Shown: positions 49,001 through 60,502 of the stretch, piece by piece
Layout of the letters: each line of letters opens with the position of its first letter
Position numbering within the stretch: position 1 is the stretch's first letter
DNA from: Nemertoderma westbladi
Lineage: Eukaryota > Animalia > Xenacoelomorpha
Assembly: GCA_032718475.1 (NCBI GenBank)
Contig: JAUCBJ010007289.1
Coordinates: 248,001 to 312,000, forward strand
Direction of reading: 5' to 3'
DNA: 64,000 nt
Notes under the pieces: model-generated
Told to the model about the DNA's origin: nothing
The model's input: only the letters and a program-made list of their open reading frames with translations
Databases searched by the model: none
Position numbers and translations under genes: made by a program

Positions 49001-51529
49001 AAGGCTTTTTCTATGTCAGCTATAGCACAATAAGGATGTAAACGGAAAAGTAATAACAAATTGCACAATAAATTATTTAGGTCAGGACCCGAATAAAGAT
49101 TATCATTTAAACTAGGATAATTAGGGGCCGAGCGTGATGAGCAATCATATACAATCCGTAATGGCGTGGTAGATGATTCAGGTTTAAGAACGCCTCGGTG
49201 GGGTAAATAATGTACCACTGATCCGGAATGTATATCACTAGGCTCACTAGGACTATTTACTTCAACTAATTCTATAAAATCACGACGTAATTGATCTTTA
49301 AGAATATTGTCATAACATGATAATAACTCGGGAGTTTTACGGAGTTTACATAAGTTACACTGTAAACGTTTATAAGATAAACCGAAATTGATAGGTAAGG
49401 TTTGACAGTTTGGTTTCCAAGGTAATTTTGTGCTATACATACCGTTGGAAAAAGTAACACTTTTTTCGAAATCTTTTACAGCAATGTCCTCATTCACATC
49501 GATATTATCATATCGTATACCGATGGTGTCAAACTTCCACAATTTTTCAATATCGATTAACAAATTGTCATTTCGATTTCCTACAGTAAGCACTGTAACA
49601 ACGTTAGTATATTGGTTAGTACAAATATTTTCGTTACGATTTTGTACCTGTCCTACTAAAACATCGCCAACTTTGGACGGAATAATATATAAATTTTCAG
49701 AAATACATTTAGCAGGAAAAAATTTAAAATACTGGTCAGCACCAATTAATACATTTTATATCATTAATTGCATCTCCTGTACGCGGATCAGCCAACTGAA
49801 ATCCACGAGAGAGCAGAGTTTCAACGAGCTCAGTTTGGCCGTGAGTAGATAATCGAGATGGGAGCGAATCGATAACGAGTGCATTTAAATCAATCAACCC
49901 ATCCGCATCCGCAGACTCTGTAGCGAATGTAGCGACATCGTACGTATGAGGGTTTCTGCTCGAATTAAATCCGTCGATAGCGAGTTTAACTTTGTCAACT
50001 ATCGGTAGATGTAACTGATTGACAAGACTCTTTAGTATGAATGATCGTTGAGAACCTTGATCGAACAATGCTCGAACCTGACACATTTGAGCTCTATTGA
50101 CAATAGTAATTAGCGCCGCAGGAAGAAGTGTTGACTGCTGGTCGGAAACTAAACTCGAGAGGGAAGACTCCTGATTTGATATAGCGGAGGTTCCAGCAGG
50201 GGTGTCTGTTCGTTTACTATCACTTTGTTTATGACTTGGTTTTTTATTTATGTGTAGAGTTGTGTGATGAGCTCCATTTCAAACACGGCATCGCCCTATC
50301 CTGGAGCACCTTGTCCCCTTAACAAATTTGTGTTGTAAACAATTGATACAAAGTCGGAGTTGTATAGCGCGCTCTCTCCTATTCGCTGGTGAACTATATT
50401 CAGTACAATCTCGTACTGTATGTTCTCCATTACATAGATAACAACGAGGGGTTGCGGAACGACTTGAATCTCGAGATAAAGTAGCAAATGAACCAGCAGT
50501 ACCGCCCGAAATGACCTGTCGATTCCAGGGTTCGGGATCGGAATTTTCGATAGAAGCGATATGTTCGATTTCGTCCTGTAGCGCTTGACGTAGATCATCC
50601 AGCGACCAGTAGATAGATCTGGCTGCTCGATTTATGTTGTCCTTAATTTTCATGGGAAGTTTACGGAGAAGGATTTCTACCAACAGGAACCCAGCATCCT
50701 CGATATTTCCCTTAACGTTTTGAATACCACGGATTTGGGCTTCATATTTCGATCTAAAAGTTGCCAGTCCTTTAGTCGTGGTAAGTGGCTCCTCTAGATC
50801 GAATAACGCGTGTATACGTGCTCGTAGGATGAGCTGTGGTTTTCCGTACGTGTTCTTTAGAAGATTTATTGCTTCGTTGTAGTCGTCATTCGAACGTTGA
50901 AAGTTGCTAACCAAACAAGCGGTGTTTCCCGACAGCTGTCCTTCCAGATAAGTAAACTTAGTGGCTCCCGCTAGGTCCTTTCTTGAATGGACGGAGTCGT
51001 CGAACTGGTCCCAGAAACTGTTCCATTGGAGAGGATCTCCACTAAATACTGGAAGTTGTAGCGTTGGAAGTTTTTGTTTTGTAGTCGTTCGTTGATTCGG
51101 ATTCGTAGTCGTTACGTTACCGGTATCTACAGCTGTGGGTTTCCGATCTCCTTGATCGCTACTGGTACCACCCAGCTGTGGCACTGGATAAAAAGTATAA
51201 TTACCGCCGCTTTGGATAAAAGTTTCCGCTCGTCGTACCGCTGACGAGATTTTAGAGCTTTCGTCCTCCGCAATCTCGACCTCGATAACTATGTCGTCAG
51301 GATCGATAACGTTTTGAATGGTATCGTTTATATCATTCAACTTCGTCGATACATTACGCAGTGATTCAACCACGTCGCGGATCGATTCGAAATCTGGGTT
51401 AACCACGTACGACTTAGTAGCGATGTTGTCATATAGCAACTCGTTTAGTTGCTTTAATGACCGAGTGACGACACTTCTATACCCTGCCCGTTGACGCTTT
51501 AAAACTGTGAGGTCTTTAGTAGTCGACAT
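46026..51529 (-). pseudogene. E gag-pol polyprotein, multiple frameshifts
   Basis: KLPTLQLPVFSGDPLQW (gag), CYLCNGEH..C, LFDQGSQRSF (PR), IYVDN (RT), CFSDAS (RH), NPADLLTRG, GVDYTG / SDNASTF (IN). Confidence 0.94.
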
Positions 51530-51569
51530 TATGACTACGACATTACGTATCGTTAACGTTTATTAGAAT

Positions 51570-51583
51570 GGGTCACCGCACCA
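51570..51583 (-). promoter_or_regulatory. E primer-binding site, tRNA-His-like
   Basis: TGGTGCGGTGACCC, 2 nt after the 5' LTR, versus tRNA-His complement TGGTGCCGTGACTC (from recall). Confidence 0.7.
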
Positions 51584-51791
51584 AATGTTCTGAATGTTCG
51601 GGAATGGCAGAACAGAAATATAATATATATATAAAACATGACCTCGATCAGTACAGCAGTATATTAAGCTTAGGCAAGGTAATACATAATATTGAATAGT
51701 AAACACTGAAACTCTCAGTACCGTAGTAGAAGTACTTGTTATAATAATAGGAGCCTTATATAGGGTGGTAATATATACTGTATTTGTTACA

Positions 51792-53945
51792 CTATGATCC
51801 TAATGGTCTTCTGTGCCCTTGGACAATACAATCCCGATTAATACTCCAGAAGTCATGGAAATATGGCAAAGGTTGGGATACACCATTTCCAATTGAACTC
51901 CAACAGGAATGGCTTACATGGATAGCTAGTGCTAAAGTTCGAATATACTTTCCACGATGTGTCAACTATTCAGAAGAATGTCATTTACATATATTCTGTG
52001 ATGCATCCAGCGTAGCATATGCATTTGTGGCATATATTGTACAGCCTGCATTTAATTACTCTACTTTGTTCTTTGCCAAAGCTCGAGCTGTTCCATTGCA
52101 GAAAACGCTTTCCATACCATGTAAAGAATTAGTAGCAACTCATTTTGGAGCTCGTTTCTCAGATCACTGTCATATAAATAACCTGATTAACCCTAAGCAT
52201 GTAATATCTATGTGTGCACTTGGATGGATTCGTAAAGGCCCATCTAAACAAGACGTCTTTGTATTAAACAGGGTGACTGAAATAAATAACATAACTGAAA
52301 CCTACCAATGGAGATATGTACACTCAGAGTTAAATCCCACTGATGTACCTTCCCGTGGGAGTAGTTTAATAAACCTTCAGTCTAATTCTCTCTACCTAAA
52401 TGGTCCAGAATTCATAAATGAACCTGAATCATCATGGCCAATTAAGCCAACACCACCTCCTCAACTACTGACATTAGAAGTTCCAGATCCAATATCAGAA
52501 TGGAATCTTCTAAGAATCAATGATTATTCCTTCCTAGACAAACCAGTTAGAGTTCTTGCATGGGTATCTCGTTTCTGCCATAATGCACATCATTTTGACA
52601 AACTCACTGGTTCATTGAGTACTAAAGAAATTCAAAACTCACTCAGTCAACTAATCAAAGTTGAGCAATACGTCCATTATCCAATGGAAATGCGACATCT
52701 TACAGTCAAACCAAACTCTCCAATTCCACGACATTCTTCTCTTTGCAACCTACGGCCAGTTATACACCAAGGTTTGCTTGCAATGCAGCCAAGGACTGGT
52801 GAACAACCTCTTCCTATTTTACCACGCCGTAGTTATCTTACTAAACTTATTGTTAGTCACTTTCACTGCGGACTTATGCACCAAGGTATTGAAGCCACAT
52901 TGGCACAGGTCAGGACCCAGTACTAGGTACCACATGGTCGTTCTATATACGTAAAATGGTTCATGAATGCCGCCCATGTCGTCGATATCGGACTCAGCCA
53001 TATAATGTACCTGAGTCTGCCTTACAACCCTTCAGGAGTAAACCTCTTGTCCCCTTCACCGTCACAGGCATAGACTTCTTTGGCCCTCTATTTACAAAAG
53101 ATGGTTCCAAAGCCCAATGTCTCATATGCACTTGTGCATCGATCAGAGCCATCCACTTGGAACTTGTGAAGACTGCTGATACCAAGTCAACTCACCTTGC
53201 TCTTCGAAACTTCTTGGCCCGTCGTGTTCGTCCTTTCACTAATGTCGAATTTCGATCTGATAATGCCAAAGCTTTCCTTAAACTGTCAACTATGAAGTTC
53301 CCCAATTATGTTGTCACTTGGAAACTAATTCCAGCCCGTTCTCCTCATTGGGGTGGTTGGTGGGAACGACTAATAAAGTTGGTCAAAAAGTGCCTTCGTA
53401 TAACATTTCACCATAAAGTATTCACTTTTGAGGATTTATCCACTATATTGTGTGAAGCAGAAGCCATATTTAACCTACACCCACTTACTGCTGCCTCAAC
53501 AGATCCTGAGGATTGTGATGCTCTTACACTTAGTCATTTCCTTTATGGGAGTCCACCACCACTAGATCAACAAATGGATGTTGCTGCTTCATCAACGTCC
53601 GGAGGTCTTCGTCGAAGCCTTCTGTCACGAGATCAGGCTAGTCGAGTTCTTTGGAAAGCCTGGTCTCAACGATACCTCGCATCTCTTCGTGTATGGCGTC
53701 ATAAACAATGTATGAATCCATCTCATCAACCTTCAGTCAATGACCTTGTTCTTGTTAAGGAAACTGTTCCTCGTGGGCAATGGTCTCTAGCCCGAGTAGT
53801 CCATCCATTAGTAGGACGTGATGGGATATCACGAGCTGCGATCATCCTCAAGAACTCCAAACCTGGTTCTCCTGGTTTCTTAACTGAGAGAGCTGCCCAT
53901 CTCCTTATTCCACTCGAGGCCAACCATTGCGATGAAATAATATAA
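51792..53945 (+). pseudogene. pol: C RNase H and integrase
   Basis: YDPNG, HIFCDASS, NPTDVPSRG, HFHCGLMH..CRPC, GIDFFGP, RAIHLE, SDNAKAF, WGGWWERL. Confidence 0.94.
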
Positions 53946-54183
53946 GATGGAATCGTTCACCGTGGGGGTGTAGCAAGTAAGTCCACACCCATACCTTCCT
54001 CCTCTGCCTCTACGTCAAATAAAATTGTTCTAAAGAAAAAGGTTGAAACTCCGAAATCAATTACAGATTTCAAACTAGTTAGCACCAAACCTCATAAGAC
54101 ATCTCATGGTCGACTAGTTCACCCTCCTAAAAGATACTGAAAATGTTCATTGCAACAGAATGTTCCATTGCAACGTGGGGGTG

Positions 54184-54843
54184 TGTGCAGCTAATTTTGC
54201 TGTACATTTTAGTTTAAATGTTTTGGTTATGGGAATTTACTGTATGTAAAATAAATCACCACGTTAGGATCTAACATGATGTCTGTATGTGCCTGACTCG
54301 TAATATTGTTACCGGTATTACTTACTTCTGTACTTATACAGTTTTGCATGTGCATATACCCATACCGGTACTGCAGTACCTTACCGGCAGACCGGTACTG
54401 CACTGCTGCATCATATAACCCTATACAATAAACTCTCTCAACTGAAGTCTGTATGTAATAATGATACTGTGCTTACCGCCTGCCGATCCAATCACTTTAA
54501 TGATTGAATTGATTGTTGCTTATATCTTCTACTGCTTTATATCAATTGCTGTTTAACTTTTGTTGTATTGCTGTTACCTACATGTTGATCCTACAGTTTG
54601 ATATACTAATGTAACTGATGCTGTAATGCACTAATGATTGTTTTGACTTTGAGCCTATGTTAATGAATGAGTAATGTTTAATTGATTGCTTATACTTTCC
54701 TTATAACCTACCTACTTTCTTATTGATTGTCAATTATTATTTTCTGGGATTGCGTTATACTTACTGCTTGGCTTGCTTTAATACTAATAGCCTAGCATAT
54801 ATGTTTATAAATATTAGGGTCAAATACCCAAATTGCCTCCACA
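54184..54843 (+). repeat. 3' LTR of C
   Basis: Direct repeat of 21784-22435 with small indels. Confidence 0.96.
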
Positions 54844-54848
54844 AGCAC

Positions 54849-57800
54849 AATACTTCTCCCTAACATCTTGGTTCTTCAACAACCGAGCTCTTACTCCGTT
54901 TAATCTTTTCAGATCCAGGTTGTAATTGATTTCCAACTTAGGGGGTTGTCGACGCCACAACATTCCAACCTCAAAGTGTCCTGTCGGTAACAGACGTATG
55001 TTCTCTTCCATCATCTCTAAAGATCGTTTCTCGTCGGTGGACATGGTTAGGTCATATCCACCTAGTTCCATTGTGTCTTTATCCAACCATTTGACGGTTC
55101 TAGCTCCTGCTCTAGTTCTAGGTCCTGGTGTATCAATTCCTTTTGCAACTCCTCTTCGCTGAATTGGAAAATGTCGAGGTCTCGATATTTCGCCACCGGA
55201 CCCTCCACTATATTGGTATATGTCAAAACGTTACTCAAATAAGTGGTGTGGGCCACTGAACCAGACCCACGGGTCTGATAACAGTAGTCCTCGGGTTCAC
55301 TATCTGTCCGGTCATTATAGAACGGTTCCGACAATCTAACATTATCGGGACTCAACTCCTCGTCTGACTTGCTAAAGTTGCTATAGTGGTCAATACAGGC
55401 TCTCCTAAACTCGTCAATGTCTGGTGGTTCTACTAACGGTGGTTGCGTTATAGGTTGTAATTCATCGTGTCCATCCTTTGGCTTATTGCCACCTGAAAAC
55501 TCATAGGAAATGGGTACGCATGTATACCAACCTAATATAGTCCTATGGGCATGTGGCCCATTTACATACGGCTCAGCTGGTCTCGTTTCCCATATTTGGT
55601 GCGCGATCAGCTGTTCCGCTCCAATCAACATAGACACATTCCTATAACCTACCTGGTGTCTTGGTATTTTGAGTTCGTCAAAATACTCCTGTGCTATGGG
55701 ACTCATCGGTGGCACCTTACCTAACTGCCTGCCGAACCCTTTCATAGCTAGACACTTAAATCCATCCAATGGCAACGTTCTCCTTTCCTGGCGAGTGTGC
55801 TCTTCTCTCGGAAGTAGGGAGTCTAGTTTAACAGCAATCTTATGTCCCTTGACATCTCCTACCCCGTGCATGGATTTTAACTCTATCTTTATCTCCTCAG
55901 CGTCCTGGAAGCTGGAAACGGCTCTCGCTACTTCCTCATCTATATACGATAATGTGGACGCAGTGTCCAAAATCACATATATTCTCTTCGACCCTTTACC
56001 TCCAGTAAGTTTCACCGGTATCACGCTGAATATTTCTGACGTCGCCGATGATAAATACGTCCTCGCGCTGGTCGATAAGCTATCAGTGGTTAATCCCTGA
56101 CAGGTCACCTCTCCCGCGCTCGCTTCACCATCCTCATCTGATGAACCTGGTTGATATCCATCATCTTGGATGCCGGTGTATGTATTTTTCCCTATCATTA
56201 TGGGATCTCTGCTTCCCTTCCTTTGAGGATTTCTATGTAAATAACGGTCTGTTGGAGTATGGAAGTCCACATGTAGCAACTTGTGATGTAGTCTGCCGCA
56301 CTCCATGCATCCGTCCTTACTGTTCGGGCACTGGCGCCATACGTGACCTGGAGCAAGACATGCCCAACAGGTGTCCAACGTCCGCACTTGAACTCTTCGC
56401 TGTTCCGAAGTTAAATCTTTGAAGCATCTGCAACTGTCTAACTTATGGTCGTCTGATCTTACCTCTATTAGTAGGCAGAATTGGCAACCTACAAATCCGT
56501 CTGGCAACTCCTGTTGCTTCACTTTAGGTCTATCTGACCTCTCACCTGACCATACTCACGAGTCTGGTCTGAAGGCAGAGGTACTTGGATTGTATTTGTC
56601 TACTGAGTTAAAAGTCACAGTGGTTCTGTCCTCGCCAAAACTTACCATTGACTTCCCAGTAGCAGGTTTAGACTCCCTCATATTCTCCTCTGAGAAGTTT
56701 GACTTCATCTCTGCTACCGCATCTGTGGCTATCATATCATGGATATGTTGGAGTGTCAACACTTTGTCCTGATCCTCCTGTTTATTTTCCAGTTTTCGCC
56801 ATTTCTGTCGGTAACGCATGTTTAAACGTCTTATTATGCTCTTCAAAACTTCGGCGTGATCGCCATGATGAGGCAGATTTACCGTCCTTAAGATATCTAA
56901 TGCATTCGAGATGGCGTTCGCTAAGTTCAACAGCTCCAACGGAGTCGTAATTTTTCTGCCCTTACCCAAGTCTTCCACTATCGACTGTGCCATCTTGGTT
57001 TTATTCCTGTAGATGTTGCTAAGTGTCTTCATAGCTAATTCAAACACTCTTTCATTGCCGATGAAATTATCAGCAATGGCTCTAGGTTCTCGATGGAGCA
57101 TCTGTAGTAGATAGTTGAATTTCTCATTAGGAGTAAAGGTGCTGTTGGTTAATTATTCGTCGACATAGGTTTTAAACGTCCTCCAATCTTTATGGTTGCC
57201 CATAAACTTCTGGGGTTGTTGCACCGGCAATCCCTGCCTAGCAGCAAACTTACCTATGTCTCTAAGTGTGGCGTCGTTCCGGGTTAATATGTTGGTTAGT
57301 TCTGCAGGGTTATGAAGTCTGGTCCTTTCCCGGGGGTTCATACTTAACTGATCCGTGTCAGTCCTTCTTCTCTTCTGGTTTTTGTACTTCTGATGCTTCA
57401 AATCTTCCTCTTCATTGCCCGAGTCTGTGTCGGTTCTCGGCGCTCGTGTTGGTTTATGCGCCGAGGCCCTAACCCAAGCTTCTTGTATAAATCTCTCCGT
57501 TGAGTGTTCAAAATCGGGATTATAGATCGTAGGGACAGGCGTTCTTACCTGAGATCTTTGCGGTATTGTTGCCTGCGATATGCGTACTCGCGCGCCAGGT
57601 TGGACTCTGTCTAGTTCTTGCCTGCTAGGAATAGAATTACTGCTTCCTTTAACTCTAAGTTACTAAGCATGTCCGTTATAGGTTGGATGTGCGGCTTAAC
57701 TCCTCCCTCGTAATAAATTCCTGGCTAGGGTTCTGCTGAGCTGTCGGCTCTATTTGGGTAATCTGCTGTCTCTCATACGATCCTTCTTCCGGTTTAACCC

Positions 57801-59627
57801 GGAAGTTTTCCGTAGAACTGGGTCGGAGATCCATTCGCGTATTCCAAACCCGCGGGTTTGGTTCGCCCAATATTCATCCTCTAGGAGTTTCTTCTATAAA
57901 CTCCTCTTTGTCACGATAATAATTTCGCTACGGCGCGCCCTCCTGATGGCGCGGATCTTGCGCGATTAATTGGTGAAGCACTAATTCCAACTGGTGTGCG
58001 ATATGCTGAAAATGGTTTAGCGATCCGAGTACTCGCAATAGTTGGACCGGGTATAGGAATTCTGGTCGCCATTGACTCACGTATAACTGGAGTTCTTGCC
58101 TCTTGTTCAGCTTTCTGCTGTGCGAACAGGTCTCGCAACTCGGTACCTATACTCTGCCCCACATTCCTCGATCATTCACATCCCCTTTTCGGCAATTTCA
58201 TTTACCTTCCTTGTTCATTTAGTCGCATACTCTCTAATTGCACCAACTTACGTTGTTCGTCTTCCCTTGCGAGTCCCGCGCTCTTGATCCAGTTGCGCCT
58301 TTTCTTCGTATAATGCGCATCTCTTTTTCTCGATCTCGAGTTCGCGTTCCTTGCGCTCGCATTCGAGTTGAATTTCACGTTTCTTCTGTTCGCGTTCAGC
58401 TTGAAGTTTGCATTCTTTGGTTTCCCGTTCATGTTCAAGTTGGAGTTCGCGTTCTTTCTGTTCGCGTTCGGCTTGCTCACGCTTACTTATATCCTCCAAC
58501 TCTCGCAGCTTTGCGTCTAACTTTTGGATGCGCTCCCTTTCTCGTTCGGCTTCCTTCCTGGCCTCCGCTGCACGTAAGACCTCTGCCTGTTGTTCATCTA
58601 ATTGTCGTCTTCTATCCTCCGCTGAGTTGTGAGAAACAAGGGATCTTGAGCATATAACCTACCCTCGCGCATGACTAACCTGTGAGTCTCCACTGTTTCT
58701 TGAAGCGTCGTCGGGTGGAGTTAGCGTCCTCTGTTGGATATACTCCGTCGTCGGCAACACCTGAACCGGTACTACTACTCCACTCTGCATCAACCAGTTG
58801 GTGACTTCCCTCTGGTATCGTCGTTCTTCTTTGTCTTGAGTCTCTTCCCGCTCCACTAAGTTCCTTAACTCCGCATCACTTACTTGAGTCGCAGTGCTTG
58901 CGACGCCCATAGCAACCAGTTTTCCATTCTAACTCATCAGAATCGCTCTGATAATGCGCGGTGCTCCAATAAGGTTGCTAGAGCCTTGTCGTAAACCTTC
59001 GTCGCTACATCACCCAAATGGGACTCCACTGCTCTCTTCGCTAGGACTGCAAGCTCCTCAGTCTGCTTAAACAACGCTGAGTTATATCCCTTTCTAAGTT
59101 CTACTAACCCGTCCCTTCTGATGTTACCGGAGTCGGCTATCATCTTCCTTACCTTGTCCGTTGTCCGGGTTATATGTCCGGCATGCGTGCGAAGTTTCTT
59201 CTTTATCGCGATGTCCAGTTCTCTCTCGCTTACCTGACTCACACTCGGTGGACTTGAGCGATTATTAGGGGAGCTACGGGTGCTCCTTACAGCCACTGGG
59301 GCCACGGCACTTACCATACCCACAGGTCTGGAAACCGGGCTCTGGGCTCTCGCTCCTGCTAAACTACCTAAAAAACCTCCTATCACTCACCTCTGGCCAG
59401 GCTGCAGTGCAATCCTTCCTTACAGTAGCTAATAATATTATCTCACCTTGATCTTCATCACTAGTCAATGTCTCGTCCTCCTGTTCACTTACGTCAGCGT
59501 CACTCGCTGCCTCGTCATAGTCGGCATTGTCATCAACAGTTATGTCAACACTGTTATCAGTCGGCGGTCCGGCCGCCATCTCATAGCTGTCCTCTAGTGC
59601 CTCCTTCTCTGAGACACTCATTGTCAC
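54849..59627 (-). pseudogene. gag: B1 gag-protease and start of RT region, many frameshifts
   Basis: Fragments from MSVSEKEALEDSY (59621) to VREKYCA align with B2 gag-pol. Contains ILDTASTLSY and three Cys/His knuckles. Confidence 0.93.
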
Positions 59628-60491
59628 TCATTGCCTTCCGGATAAAATCTCGCAAAATTTCGAGATATATATTAATTTAATCGAAATTCGATTAAATTAT
59701 TTGTCAAATGATTTATTTGTTCTCAAAGTATCAAAATACGAAAGTAAATTCACAATACAATATTGTGAATTTAATTATATATAGTTATATTAAATACCGG
59801 TATAATATTTAAACGAAAATGTGGCTCTATAGCTATTATACAGCATTTAAATACCGGTATGACACGAAAATATTTTCTGAATCTAATTCAAAAAATTCAA
59901 AAAAATGAATTTGTCACCCAAAATATTTCTAACTTTATATATATAGCTCAAAATCAACGTTAATTTTATTTTTCAAATATTATATATGTATCCACTGGCG
60001 CGTGGCTACACCTTCAGGTTGCGACACTCTATCTCTCTTCCAACTGAGCGATCCAAAATACCATGGCCGGCTAAACCTAACTATCCTAACTAATAAACTG
60101 AGTTCAGTTTCGCAGTTAAACAACCGGTAATTTTTTACTGATTCCACAAATACAATGGTGTACCAACAGAACAACTAACCTTGTTTGCTGTGAGATTCCA
60201 CGTCCGCGTCCTAGGTTTCAGTCTTGTCGCTGATTGCAAACCGAACCCGTAGGCCCACACAAACCCCAAACTCAGAAGCTCCATCTCGCCATGTATCTCC
60301 GGATGGTATAAAATAATTAAGCGGTTATCCAACATACCGGTACAAAACTCTAAATTTTATTATATATAAATTTTGGCCGAAACTGAATTCCCACAAACCT
60401 AGCTATAATTTTTAAACTTACTAATTTTACAATTTACCCTAACGGCCCAACAAATTGCTGCATTTCAAATGATTAGTGAACAGAAAATAAA

Positions 60492-60502
60492 GGATCTTTT
60501 AC
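60492..60502 (-). promoter_or_regulatory. B1 non-tRNA primer-binding site GTAAAAGATCC
   Basis: Follows ..CTTAACA at the inferred 5' LTR end. Exact complement of the LTR-internal 11-mer at 61780-61790 and 16716-16726. Confidence 0.65.

Larger units (their letters stand above)
45530..51791 (-). mobile_element. BEL/Pao element E, full length, decayed
   Basis: LTRs 45530-45739 and 51586-51791. 5-bp TSD CTATG at 45525-45529 and 51792-51796, splitting the IY|DP motif of C. PPT CGGTGGTGGAGGA; tRNA-His-like PBS. Confidence 0.97.
21784..54843 (+). mobile_element. BEL/Pao element C, full outline, interrupted by three insertions
   Basis: LTRs 21784-22435 and 54184-54843 (TG...CA). 5-bp TSD AGCAC at 21779-21783 and 54844-54848. 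PPT CGTGGGGGTG. Confidence 0.96.
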
